This document shows positions 48,657 to 61,801 of a DNA stretch of 64,000 nucleotides, in pieces (the first letter of the stretch is position 1; each line of letters begins with the position of its first letter). Position numbers and translations under genes: made by a program. Source of the stretch: Harriotta raleighana (Eukaryota); NCBI GenBank assembly GCA_050575255.1, contig JBNZDD010013615.1, positions 281,461-345,460 of the forward strand, written 5' to 3'. The notes below the pieces were generated by a model. That model ran no database searches. It had not been told where the DNA came from and worked only from the letters and a program-made list of their open reading frames with translations.

Positions 48657-48926
48657 TTGACTATAAGTGGGTGAAGCGCGGCAGCCAATTGTGCACTGCA
48701 GCGTCCCACAAACAGTCTAATGTGGATTGAAATGACCAATTTAATTATTAATTATTGCTTTCTTCGAGGGATTATTATCAGGATTATTATTACGCGTGTG
48801 GAGTAGGGAAACTTGCTCAAGGTTTTGCCCCGACCTTGCCTGGAATTGAACCCGGGTCTCGGGCTTGTAAAGCTCTAACCACAACACACACTCACACACA
48901 CACACTCACACACACACACTGAGCTC
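48657..48926 (-). mobile_element. SINE, same family, with a (CA)n expansion in the head
   Basis: Reverse-complement match. Confidence 0.78.
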
Positions 48927-49019
48927 TCAGGCTGTGAGCCTGGAGCGCCACTCTGTGGCACAAGGTGAGAACTGCTGACTGAGAGTTAGTGCCGGGGGGG
49001 GTGGGAGGGAAGGCGTGGC

Positions 49020-49190
49020 CTGTATCGCAGTCGGAACCTATGATTGGTCGGTGGTGGCTGCCACTCAATAGAATAATGGTGGTAGGAGGGGGTGGCCACG
49101 TGATCCGACGTGACGTAGATTCCGGGGGAGGGGCTCCTCCGCACACAGTGCGTTGCGCTTGTGCAAATGGTTACACGGCGTTCGGAAATG
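49020..49190 (+). promoter_or_regulatory. CpG-rich PSTK promoter
   Basis: Inverted CCAAT (49043-49047), E-box CACGTG (49097-49102), CRE-like TGACGT (49111-49116). Confidence 0.55.
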
Positions 49191-49192
49191 GA

Positions 49193-52100
49193 ATGTGGCC
49201 AGCAGCTGATTTAGAATCCTCAGACAATTGCCGCCCAGAGGAGGGGGGGGGGGGGTGAGGGGAGGACCTGCATCAGAGGGGGGGGGGGGGGGGGGCGGGG
49301 GGGGGGGNNNNNNNNNNNNNNNNNNNNNNNNNNNNNNNNNNGGGGGGGGGGGGGGGGGGGGAGTTACGGGTGTGGGGAGACCTGGATCAGAGGGGGAGGG
49401 TCAGGGTGGAGGGGGGTGGATCTGGATCAGAGGTGGGGGGTCAGGGTTGGGGAGGGGGGGACCTGGATCAGAGGGGGGGGTTCAGGGTGGGGGAGGGGGG
49501 GACCTGGATCAGGGGGGGTGGGGTCAGGGTGGGGGTCTGTCTGCTCTCCGGGCTCCCGGGGGCCGGCAAGTCCAGGTTTGCCCTCTCCCTGCGGGATCAC
49601 ATGGGGCCCCAGGGCCAGACCCTGCTGCTGTGTTACGATGAGCTGATACCAGGGGAAGCCTTTCAGCTGCCGGCAGCAGCGGCTGGTCAGCCGGACACAG
49701 CCGGGAGCGAACCCCAGGTGCCAATCATATTCATCATTATTAAAATAATCTCTGCATTTTCATCGTTACTGAAAATGGATCCCTGCAGCTCAGCGGTTAG
49801 AGCACTGGCCTCGCAAGCGAAAGAACTGGACTCAAATCACGGCCAGGCCTGAAAGGGGATCAAAAATAAGAATAAATTGGTCATTTCAATCCACGACTGT
49901 CTGTGGGGGACGCTGCTGTGCGCAATTGGCTGCCGCGTTTCGCCCACAAATATCCAGTCAATTCACTTTACAGTATATTCTGTGAAGCGCTTTGAGACGT
50001 CGATAAGATGTGAAGAGCGTTATATGAAATGCAAGGATTATTATTAAAATCTTGGAAATCTACAAGCAAGAAAGTCTGATTTATAATTACATTCCAATGT
50101 GAAACTAAGAAAATATTCACAATATACCTAGTTTGGGTAATGAATTGTGTAGGGTCTATAATAGTAATAATCCTTGCATTTTGATACAACGCTTTTCACA
50201 TCCTCCAGACGTCTCAAAGCCCTTCACAGAATATACTGTAAGTGATGTAGTTTTGTTGTTATCTTGTTGTATTGTTCGGTGATGTTACATTGGTAGCAAT
50301 GAATGCAGTGGAGAAAAGGCAAGTGGGTCCCACAAACAGTCATGGATTGAAATGATCAATTATTTTTTTTCCCCCTTCCGAGTCATTATTACCAGGCATG
50401 TGGAGTAAGGAAACTTGCTCAAGGTTTCGCCCCGACCAGGAATTCAACACGGAGTCTCTAGATGCTTGCGAGGCGAGTGCTCTAACCACTGAGCTACAGA
50501 ACAATAAGTAATTGGCAATGGGAAAATCTTCACCAACTAGCATGGACGATTCCCAGACACTTGCCAGTTTAAGGATGTAAAACACTAAATAAATACTGCT
50601 TGCTTACAATGTAAACCTCGATTTCAGGCCCAGTCAAATTTTGGGACTGAGGGAATGGTTTGCTCACTGTTTTTAAAGATCAAAGTATGGTTCAGAGTTT
50701 CGATTTTGACCTTTAACTGAGGACAAAATGTTCCCAAGTACCATTCAAAAAGAGCTTGTGTTTCCCATTACCCAGAACACCAACTAGCCTATGCCAAAAA
50801 AAGGTCTGCATAACTATTAAATTGTTTACCAAAAGGGACAGCACCAGTGTTGTTCTGCCGAGAGCTTCTGGAGTATTTTGCTGAGTGTTCTGTTTACGGT
50901 TTATGTTGTTTGTGAAGAATGTTTCTAGTGCATTTTTTCCACGCAAACTATTATTTGCATAAACCTCAAATTAACATTTTGGGGATGCAGGCATTGAAAA
51001 CAGCAATCGGGTATGCAGATTAATATCCACTATCTTTAATTTTTTTTGTAGTGGGAATAATGATTATTATGTAATTGGGTTATGATAAAGTGCCCTGAAT
51101 TAACCATTGGTACTTATGTTTGTCAGGTTGTCATGTTTAGAAATGCTTGTTATTTAATTGTAACATTGGGTAATTAGATAATTATTGCATCTTTAAATGG
51201 ATACTGATATCGGGAACTTCAAGCTGAGAAGCCAGGACTCTTGGTGACTAAAGAATGTTTGAGCACTAATTAATGCTCAATGTAACATGTTCATGTAAAC
51301 TGAAAGACATTGAGACAAGTGTTACAGTAGTTAAACTCTGTAGCTCTTAGGGATTTTCTTGAAAGCTTGCACAATACATGCAGTATTTAGCAGAGAAGCG
51401 TTTTAACAGGTTTGTTGCCCAACTCAACAGCAATGTAGTCATTCAAATTGGTCTTAAAAAATTCAGTGTGTTTGTATTAATAGGTTTCTTTTTATAGAGT
51501 TCCGACAAAAAACAGATCAAATATTATATTTGTTACTGTGTTCACATTCAGTGGTTAGTCGTTTTCTTACTTGTATGTGCTTTCCACCCTCACCCCCTTC
51601 CTGTCCATTTTGACCTATTTGCTTGTTTTTTTGGATCCAGAGTTCATTTTGGAAACTGTACAGACGTAAACTGCTAGCGTATATCGAACTCTTAATCCAA
51701 GCCATCTATGGTAATGGCTATCTGGCAGGATCTTGCAGTGAAACCCATTCAACCTGGGATTATTTCATCCGATCACTGAAGCAGCAGCAAGTTATCTCTT
51801 CGGAAGCCCAGCATCTTGGGGCAGAGCAGTATGCGGTCTCTGTTACACATTCAAGACCATTGGCTATAATCCTGGATGATAACTTCTACTACCAGAGTAT
51901 GAGATATGAAGTGTACCAGATGGCCAGGCAGTGTGAGTGTGCTCTATATATATATATAGCTTGCATTATTGCCAATGTGTGGAATTTCGAGGATAACTTG
52001 TTTAAAATGGACAATACTTGCACAGAATAATAATAGACTGTGCGAATAATAATACTTACACAATATGATAATAAATTGGTCATATCAATCCACGACTGTT

Positions 52101-55100
52101 TGTGGGTCGCTGCTGTGCACAATTGGCTACTGTGTTTCGCCCACAAAATATACAGTCAAGTTACTTTACAGTATATTCTGTGAAGCGCTTTTAGACATCT
52201 GGAAAATGTGAAAAGCACTGTATCAAATGCAAGGATTGTGTTTTCTTTGTAGATTCTCTAGGCTTCTGCCAATTGTTTTTGGAGTGCCCACTCGAATTGT
52301 GCCTTCAGAGAAATCACAATCGTCATTGTCCTGTAATCGACGAAACAATTGTGCTCATGTCCACAAAAATTGAGTCACCAGATCCGGAGAAGAACAGATG
52401 GGAAAAGAATAGTATGACACTGAACTGTGAACATGATATATCCGAAGAGGACATGTAAGTAGAGTATTGGAATTTTTTTTCCCCCCCTATTACCTGGGAT
52501 TTTTTGTGACAGATTTGTTTTTAGTCCCTCAAAATGTGTATCAAAACAAAATGAAATTGGTATATGATGGAGTGCAATATGAGTTTAATAATCTTTTTAG
52601 ATAAGTTGTGATAATAAAATATTGGGAGGAAAACTAAATTAATCAAGCGAATGAAGACCTTCCATTTTGACTGTGCTTACTTACATTCAACAACAACAAC
52701 AACAAAATTACACTTATAGAGCGCGTTTCACGTCAGGAGGACACCTCCTCCCTGCCCCTGCCTGGCTCGAGGTCAGTCTCTGCCACTGTTAAGATCTCCG
52801 AAACGCTGCTCTGCATGAAGGGCACGATACACATGCAAGTTTTTTGTTGTTGTTGTGGATATTTGATGTGGGTGNCTCCTCCCTGCCCCTGCCCGGCTCG
52901 AGGTCAGTCTCTGCCACTGTTAAGATCTCCGAAACGCTGCTCTGCATGAAGGGCACGATACACATGCAAGTTTTTTGTTGTTGTTGTGGATATTTGATGT
53001 GGGTGGGATGGAACTGAATGGATGATTTATATAGAAAATAAATCCATCCATTATGGAATTGTTTCGACAATGGGCTCCTTCTTTTCCAGGTTTACGACAG
53101 CATACTGGTTGGCAACACAAATTATAACTGTAAGCTTCACTTAACTATGAAAAGAGCTGTTGTGTGTGTGTGTGTTTTTTCAGTGGGTCCGTTTCAACGG
53201 TGTTAGGTACAGTTTTAGTGTTTATTTGCATTTCAATTCAATCTTCGTTCTGCAGCCAGAAAGTGCTCGCATTACTGGACACTGCTTTAGAAAATCCAGA
53301 GCAGCCAATCAAAGAAGATACTGAACAGAAGGTAAAAAAAAGACTTGTGTTACATTGATATTCATGTTTACAGAAGCTTGAAGTTAAATGCTTCAAGCTA
53401 ATTTGATTTCAAGGATAGATAGTATATTTTCAAATCGCCATCAATGCTAATTTTGGTGTTTGCTGTAATCTGTTTCACTGTGGAGCCCAACTAGAATTGA
53501 GCAATTGAGTATCGTAATTCCAATCTAAGCACAAATTTTGATCCAATAAATTTGGTTATCTAAATACTCTGAATATTTGTGTTTGAAACAGTGACTGTCG
53601 GGCACCTTGTGAGGTCTTCCTGACATGAAAGGCACAATACAAGTGTAATTGTGTTGTTGTTGTTGTTAAATATCACACAGGAGGCAGATCGAGCCATTTG
53701 TGCAGCAAGTGTTCTTCACCAGGCTGATCAGGCCTTCCGTCGTTCAGTATCGCAGGCGATGAAGACTGCGAAAGGTACAAGTAATATATTGCTTAAAAAC
53801 ACAAGGCTTGTTAACTTGCACTGTTTTTGAGTTTGTGATTCACTTCGTAACATAATTGAGAATACAAAGCGAGCAATGGTTAAGACAAATAATAATCCTT
53901 ACATTTGCTTTGGAAACACAGCCGCCAAGTGAAAAATAACCTTTTCTGTAGCATTCTGGCAGAATTCCCCTGAAAACAAATTAAATAATCAGCCCATCTA
54001 ATTGACAGCAAGATCCGTCCATCCCACACTGAGGCAGAGTGGAGAGCGAACGAGCAGGAGGTATAATACAGTGGTATCGCTCGGGATGGAAATTTACCAT
54101 AACTTGTTAACAATTCCAAATTTCCATTACTGGCTCAGCTGTGGAGTGAAGCAATACGTAAAGAAGGTACATCAGTCCGGAAACATGCCTCTTCAGCTGT
54201 GGGTTGATACCAGTGTCAAAGACTGATAACTTTCTTTTGATTGATGTGATCTATAAATGAGTTCAGCGATGTAACTTGCTTTTTACTCTCTGCACTTGAT
54301 TGCGAGTGAATTCCAAAGCCTGATTTGATAGGCTGTGTAATTTATAACAAGTTTTGGAACCCAGCTTGGAGAAGCAAAATCCAGAACAACCAATGATACA
54401 AAACACCAGCTTCTGAAACCTGATATAAGTTGAGATATATCAGTGAGTTCTTGATCCTGGTTACATTTCCATTGGAGGACCCTGAGGGAACTTTAGACAC
54501 GCAGGGAACATTGCTGGATGAGCTGACCTTTCAGTGAATTAGACCCTGCCTTTATCGTTACAGATCACTTTTGATGTGCTTTCAGAATGTAAATGGCGTG
54601 CGATGTAATAGTTTCTATTAATATTGGGATAGAGGTGCTGTCTATATGTGTTTTTAAAATCTGGAAATAACAGGTTATGACTGAATTAGGTGGCATTTAA
54701 CAACAACAAAATTACACTTGTATAGCGCCTTTCATGTCCCAAGGCGCTGGACAAATGCTAGGAGTACCACTGAGCTGTTGGGAGATTTGATCCTTTGAAT
54801 AATTGAGGTCCTTTCTGCCCGTTCAGGTTGGTGTTGAAGCACGAGGTAGGAAATGGTACCATGACTAAAATCTCCCCAGATCGTTGTGACAATCCCCACA
54901 GTAATTATTTGAGAAATACTTTGAGCACCATATTATTTTTCTAGTAAAATAACTGTTTCAGTGATAAGGCATTACACTTATAATAATAATAATAATAATT
55001 AATAACTGCACTTGATAGTATTTCTTACATTGTTGAATTGTTTCTGCTCCAGCCAAGAAACTAACATCGTGGAAGATGAAGTTATTGGCTGAAGAACTCA

Positions 55101-55264
55101 ATAAATTGAAGGCTATGTTTTTGGAGGATCTTCGATGTGGAACTCTGCAAGGAAATCCCGTGAAGTTTTACGGTGATGTGGATGCGATTGTTGCAGAAGC
55201 TGTCTGTGGATTTGATCACGCGAAGGAAGCCATTTTAAAGAATATGCTGGAAAAGCAGACTTGA
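49193..55264 (+). CDS. PSTK: L-seryl-tRNA(Sec) kinase, 6 exons; start codon uncertain
   Basis: P-loop [18 protein letters not shown] (exon 1 ends 49717); exons 51641-51932 ([20 protein letters not shown]), 52253-52454 ([24 protein letters not shown]), 53256-53331, 53681-53774 (HQADQAFRR), 55053-55264. Adjacent to IKZF5 as in human. Confidence 0.92.
49250..49535. repeat. G-rich minisatellite at the PSTK 5' end
   Basis: Repeated GACCTGGATCAG(A)GGGGG..TCAGGGTGG units plus G runs and a 34-N gap. Confidence 0.85.
49520..49717 (+). CDS. PSTK: PSTK exon 1, confidently coding part
   Basis: [15 protein letters not shown]...EPQ|gtgcc. Confidence 0.88.
49776..50046 (+). mobile_element. SINE, same family
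   Basis: Head, core and tail match. Confidence 0.8.
50163..50498 (-). mobile_element. SINE variant
   Basis: Reverse-complement head and tail with a replaced core. Confidence 0.75.
51641..51932 (+). CDS. PSTK: PSTK exon 2
   Basis: WKLYRRKLL...[16 protein letters not shown]. Confidence 0.92.
52068..52237 (+). mobile_element. SINE, same family, 3' half
   Basis: Core and tail, ending ~15 nt before PSTK exon 3. Confidence 0.78.
52253..52454 (+). CDS. PSTK: PSTK exon 3
   Basis: [13 protein letters not shown]...[10 protein letters not shown]. Confidence 0.92.
53256..53331 (+). CDS. PSTK: PSTK exon 4
   Basis: LLDTALENP...EQK|gt. Confidence 0.88.
53681..53774 (+). CDS. PSTK: PSTK exon 5
   Basis: [28 protein letters not shown]. 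Confidence 0.9.
55053..55264 (+). CDS. PSTK: PSTK exon 6 (terminal)
   Basis: [18 protein letters not shown]. Confidence 0.88.
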
Positions 55265-55699
55265 CAGTACACACAACACAAGTGATTGGTCTCATTGCTG
55301 ATGACTTGATGCAGTTAATGAGGCTCGGTGTAAAGCCACTTCATGAAGCTTTAAAAAGGACAAGGGTCATGTAGGAAACCTATCAGTACAACTCTTAATG
55401 CTTTCCTCCCCACATGTGTTCAGATGATCCTTTCTGGTCGATGATGAATTAGGCACTTGGAAGCAATTATGTGGCAGCATCATGATCTTAAGACATTTGA
55501 AAACACACCTCTCCTAATATTGACACATCACTGCTTTCCCAACCCATGAGCTATTGGAATAAATTGTTGCTTTATATCGATCAACAAAAAAATGCGCTGT
55601 TTCCTTATGTGCCATTCAAGCACGATTCAAAGTCATCACAAAAAAAGAATAAATATATAATAATCTTTGCATTTGCTATATCATGACTTTGTGTTTATA

Positions 55700-56335
55700 C
55701 AGTAAAAGCCCGTTCATCCGGCACCCGCAGGACCTGGCCAATGCCGGTTAAACGGTCGGATCCGACACCGAAAACCCAACACAAAAAAAAATTAAAATTT
55801 AAAAAATATTTTAACATACCATATGAATAATAGACCAAATAATAATAGATAGAATATTGTATTTGTGCTTTGGGATGTCCGCCCGACGTGAAAGGAGGAA
55901 TACAAGTATAATTTTATTGTTGTTGTTATTGTATGGGTACTTTATTGTAAATGTTTTGTACACTGTACCATATAAATAATAGACTAAATAGAGTAATAAC
56001 AGATACTGTAATAACAGAATATTGTATTAGCACTTTATTATTTATACTTAAACCTGGTTTGAAGCCATGATGCTGGAGTAGAGGTGTACAGTCTAGGATA
56101 ACTTCTGCAATGGAGGATGCCACACGAGGGAGAAAAACGACAGTGCAAATTTAAGGCTCTATTAGCGGCAAGCCAAAATACCTGTACAGTTCTCTCGTGC
56201 GACAATCGATTCATTAAATGCGCCACGTTATTCTGCTGGATAACTTCTGGCTTATCAGATGGGGACTTTTTTTTTGACGTGCGGGTTATACGGATGTTCC
56301 AGTTCATCGTGTCATGGGTAAACAGGCTTTTACTG
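55700..56335 (+). mobile_element. Same MITE family, longer copy
   Basis: TA|CAGTAAAAGCCCGTT...AAACAGGCTTTTACTG|TA. Confidence 0.85.
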
Positions 56336-57062
56336 TATTTGCCTTATCACGGCGGAAAGATGTCTCACAGGATCTACACAGCGCTTCACAGGAATTACTG
56401 TGAAATGGAGTGACTGCGTATTTGTAGGCAGAGGTGGCAGCACAATTGTGGGCAGGACACCGGGAGAAACTGATCGATTTTCAAATCGTGTCAAGTCTCA
56501 CCAAAGGACAGCACCTTTGACAATGCAAAAGTGTCGGCTTGATCTATGAAATGATGTACATGTATTCAAGTTAGTTGAAATGGAAATGGTGGTGTTTGAA
56601 GCTAGCAGGAACTACTTGAACATCAAAGTAAGGAGCTTGTTAAATAAAGCTTCAAAAGTAATTTTCTTTTTAATCAGAGGTCAGTCTGATGAAAATAGAA
56701 AACAGACCTGTGAAAATGTATGTGCTGAAAAGAAAAACAGTGGGAAGCTCAAGTAATTTATCAAGTTTGAGAAAATACAATAAACCATTTATAAATTGCT
56801 GGAATGATAAATTGTTTATAGAAAAATGTTTAGGTGTCACAGATCTGCATGAAATACATTTTCTTGGGTCAGTAACCTGGTTTAATTTTCTATAAATGAG
56901 GTTGGTTAAAATTGCAATGGCTCTCCTTTTCCCTTGAAGCTGAAAGCTTTAAGTGGTGTCTTTGCGATATCAGTGAAATACTCTAGTTTTATGAATCCCA
57001 TTTGGTGTGCAATATCGTAAAACAAAATCTGCTTATACAATTCTTAAAAAAAGTAAATTACT

Positions 57063-57068
57063 TTTATT
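57063..57068 (-). terminator. Candidate IKZF5 poly(A) signal
   Basis: TTTATT on + (AATAAA on -) followed downstream on - by T-rich sequence; lies at the edge of the SINE-free block. Confidence 0.45.
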
Positions 57069-60000
57069 GTACAAAGAGCACAACTCAGTTACATTAAACT
57101 AATTAACGAAAGAACATGAGGTGTTATATAAAAGGCAACTCAAAAAACAAATTTAAGTTCAGCTCTTCAAAAGTTTACATGATTCAACAATCGATTTTGG
57201 GGGTGAAAAAAATTGCTAATTAACATCACTGCACAGTGCATTTTGTCAGGAAATTCTAGGACTACGGAGTACATATAATATCACATAGATTATTAAAGAC
57301 CTTTACATTTATAATGTACATTTTTGGTGAAATAACACCAGAGCTAGTTTACCTCTCAACGGACACTCGTACCACTGTAGTCTTTTTTTAGTTGTAACCT
57401 GTTATGTAGCAATTTAATCACATCAACAAACTCTTCACAATTTTACAGATCCTAAATTCACTTGTATGTCTGTATACATTTGTTAACATGTGAAGACATC
57501 CAAAACATTACAGAACACATTAAGCGAAAGAAACAAACAGCACTCACATGTTACATAGGTTACTGATGTGAAACAGACTCATTATACAGCACAAACAAAC
57601 ACATTTTGGTTCAAGAACTTCAACGTTGGCAACAAAGCCTTATTATTTACAATGGCTTGGAACAATCAAGCCAAAATAACTCAACCCTCAACTTGAACTG
57701 ACTGAAAAGTGCTGTCTTGGTGGTGTCTCATCAGTTTACTGGTTATTTACTTAACACAATTCAACAATGGTATACAATACTGTATATTGAAACAGGAATA
57801 ATTACCAACTATATCAAGAGAACTGGTTGAACCCCTAACTATTACCATGGAAGATATTACCTACAGCGAAAAATAATTGAGGCGTCCCAAACCAAACAAC
57901 CAATTTCACTTCTATCAAGGAAGTCCACTGTATAGATTTAATCAGGTACTGTAAAGCCCTCATACATTTTCCAATTAATTGTGTTCTGTAGGTTATAGCA
58001 TCAACTTCACAGGTTTAGAAAATGGAATAAGCAAAGCGTCCCAATGATTCTGTGGATGAAGGAACTGCCCAGATCAGAAGAGCTATATAGACCAAAAGGG
58101 TTCACATTCAATTGCTACCCTGAGTTAGCTGATCAGACAGCAGTTTTTACACTACAATCGATCTTGCTAAATCCCGTGACTGGATAGGGACGAGCAGTCA
58201 GGGTTCATTCTCCCAAATGCTACTCTCGACCATTGCTGGATTGAGTTTCAATGCAACGCTCTCTGCCGTCAAATTGCCTGCCGAGATTTACTGTCCATTC
58301 ACATCAAGAACGGCCTGTTGAGATACTGAAAGATTCTCAGTGCATGTAGAAGTGCACATCAACAACCCTCAGCCCCTTCAAGGTAGGCAAGGAAGGGATT
58401 GGAGGACGTACGGGAAGACAGGAAGGTCAAGGTAAAAATTAAGACTGCAGCTTTTTATTAATAAAAATCAGAACTGATACAATAATTCTAAATGTATGGC
58501 TGAGCATGTGCGCTCAAATATAATATAAAGATATTGGAATGAATTAAATTAGGTTAAATGACAATTCCTACTTTGTTATTTTCTTAATAGCTGGAGTAAT
58601 TTTAATTACAAATTATGAAAATAAAACTGGATTTTAAAGTAAAGCAGTGTACCCGAAGCAAAATTAAAAAAAATTGTCCTCATTGTCTACAGTATCGAGG
58701 TGATTCTTCCAAAAAAATAGGATTTTTTAAACGCCAGTTTTCGGAATATTCTAAATTTCCAAAGTTTGGTAGTGTAGCTGTCACCAAGAAAACAAACCTT
58801 TAATTGAAAACCTCACAGGTTTTTTTAGTGGAACAAGTCCATCTGTGAATAATGGGGCTAATGAGATTTAGAACAAATATTCTCCCAAACTCAAAACCTC
58901 TTTTATCAACCCTTTGCATCCCTTTTCTGAAATTCTCATTCCTCTCATGATCNAATGAACATGTGATAATGTCAGCAGACTGTAAGATCATAAAGGACAT
59001 CATAGTTGAAAGCCCAAATCCTATACACTACTCCCACATAAACACATGCACTTGCCTCAATAAAAACCACCGCATATTGTGGAAATCACCATTCCTTCAT
59101 ATTGACAGCACAAAACACAATATTCCTTCATCCTCATCTCTTGGCACACTAAACTCCCATCACCACCTAAATTTCTCATTTTGTGGATAACTAAAGTAGC
59201 TGCCACTGAATTTTCTCTACCTGCTGAATCGGTAAAGCCACTTGCTACACAATCTACAACGGGGCCTCAACGACCCACTTTTCAAATTTGTATCATTACT
59301 ATAGTGCAAAAGTCCATAAATGAAAGTCCAAACTGAGAAGTGAAATAAATATACATGTAAATACGTGATTGCAACTTTGTGATTACATGCAGCTTGAAAT
59401 GTACCACTTCACCAATGAAGGATGACACTAAAAGTTTAAAATATGGCAATAAGCATATTTAAAACCTTTTAGTTAGGCACCTCTGGTTAATTCTTTAAAA
59501 AGGAAAAGGATTGGGCTACTTGAAGTTTGGCACTGATGGCCACAAATGCACACCAGAAATAATTAGATATGCACAACTGAAATGCATTATTTATCCAGTA
59601 GTTTTAAGTAATCCTCCAGTTGTCAAAATTAATAAGACTTCATAAAAAAAACACAATTGTATTTCAGGTTTACACGTAGTCTTGGAGTGACAGAAAAATA
59701 ATGTGTGTATTGTTAAATAAATTAACTTTTTGCCATAAGGGTACAGTGTGTGAATCTTGTATGTTTGGGTTGCAAGGTCAAATGGAGTTAGTTTTAGAAT
59801 GATCAGTTGCTATTTTCATACTTGCGTTCTAACAACTCGGCTCATGTGTTAAAGGAATCAAAAAACAAAGATGTTGAGCCATTTTAGTTCAAATATAGCA
59901 GTAGCAAATGTTAGATTTTTTACATTGAAAAATTGACGAAAAATAGGCTTATTGATTGCATTTTGGAATAACATTCCTTTGGATAAACATCCCTTTATTC

Positions 60001-61801
60001 TTAATAAAGTAAGTTAAAACATGCCAGGCAAATGCAAGTATAGTACTGTACTGTACTGTACTGTATTAAGATGCATCAATGCTTTCAGTTTAATCGTTTT
60101 CTTGGTCTTTAGGCGATGAACAATCCAGCAACTACTATATTCTGTATAGTCAAGAGAACTCCATATTAATTTAAGTTAATGCAACGTTCCACCAATGAAT
60201 AAAAATGGACCAATAAAATGGAAACAAAAAATCTACAAATAAACAAAATCTGACAGATGGGATGACTGGTACACTTGTTGATGCTTTTCTTATTAGCTGA
60301 TCATTGTGCACATAAATTTTTAAATCTTGCATTTTTAATATCTATAGAAACATATCTGTTTAGCCGCATCCCAACATGGGAACAATTTTTAATGATTTTC
60401 GCACAACTTGCTTTCACCAATTTCAACTATTTCTGTCAGANTGGCCGCATCCCAACATGGGAACAATTTTGAATGATTTTCGCACAACTTGCTTTCACCA
60501 ATTTCAACTATTTCTGTCAGATTTTATAAAGGAATGCTGATTCTGCTCCATTTAACATAAAATTGTGGAGAGTTATCAGAATTTATATTCCAGCTACATT
60601 TGATAAGGGGCTTGTTTTTCCTGTTCGAACTATTTTATCATACAAAATCTTTGAAACAATCCTTTGAAATGGGATACATAGTTCAATATTTTTTATCAGA
60701 AAACTAATCCAAATGTGTGTGTGTGTACACTGTATATATATATAGTTAATCCATCAGTATTTCTGTTTCAACTTATTGACCTGTTGAAGATCATACCATA
60801 GAACAAATACTTGACTTGACACCATTTCAATCACTTGGGACTTCTCAAAAATATTTCTCTTACTCTGTTATTAGCCATACATAGATCAGATCAGTACTTT
60901 TGCAAGTAACATGTCACTACCAACAATGTAATATCTGTTCTCAAGTTTACTGCAATCTTATTTTTTGTGTGGCGTAAAGCTCGTATGTTCCAGTTTTAAA
61001 AATTGTTTTCCTAACAGTGGAGATGTGCCATAGCACTGAACTTATAAGACTTTGGTACTGCCATATCACCAAATAATATCGATATCAGAAATCCCTGCAA
61101 AAGGAAACCTTTTCAAAGAAAAACAAAAATTGAAATACGAATCAATCAATCAATCAATTAATCAGTACCTGAAAAAGAGATGTCGTAAAGTTTCAAGTGT
61201 GTCCCTTTAAGTGAGGTCAATAATTTTCAAGCAATAAACACAAAGGTACCTCAAAGAGCTGCAAACATCTGCTACAAGGATGGACAAGGTGCAAAGCAAA
61301 ATCTCGATGGATGCCTGATAAGCAAAATAAATGTCAAAAAACAAGTGTAAAAAATGTGAGTGAACTATACTGAGCTAACATTATGGTGATCAAATGTAAA
61401 AGCACTTTATTACACTAACTGTATCCAATCTAAGCTTATGATTTTAAATATTCAATATCTTCCTAATACTTTTCCTATCAGCAGCTGAACCTTTTTTGCA
61501 TCTTAGCTTCCCTATCGCTGTGGATTTCAGGAATGCAATTTATATTCCCGTTCTGATGAATGGCTTCAACCAAATGCCTTTCTCCTTTAAATAACGATTG
61601 ATCTGCTATGTATTTCCAATTGCTTTTATCGAAACTTTTTTCAAAAAAATCAAGGTTGAGAAAAAAAATTTAAAAGGTCAGGCAAATTTTTAAAAAAAGA
61701 TCTTGCTTAATAAAACAATCTATTTCTCTAAATATGACCCAACGTGTGGTCAATTGTCCAATATGGTTGTAATGCTTTACCAGCACGTATAACAAGTACT
61801 G

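Noticed and set aside
55265-55700. SECIS element in the PSTK 3' UTR
   Set aside because: No in-frame UGA needing recoding and no convincing SECIS fold by eye
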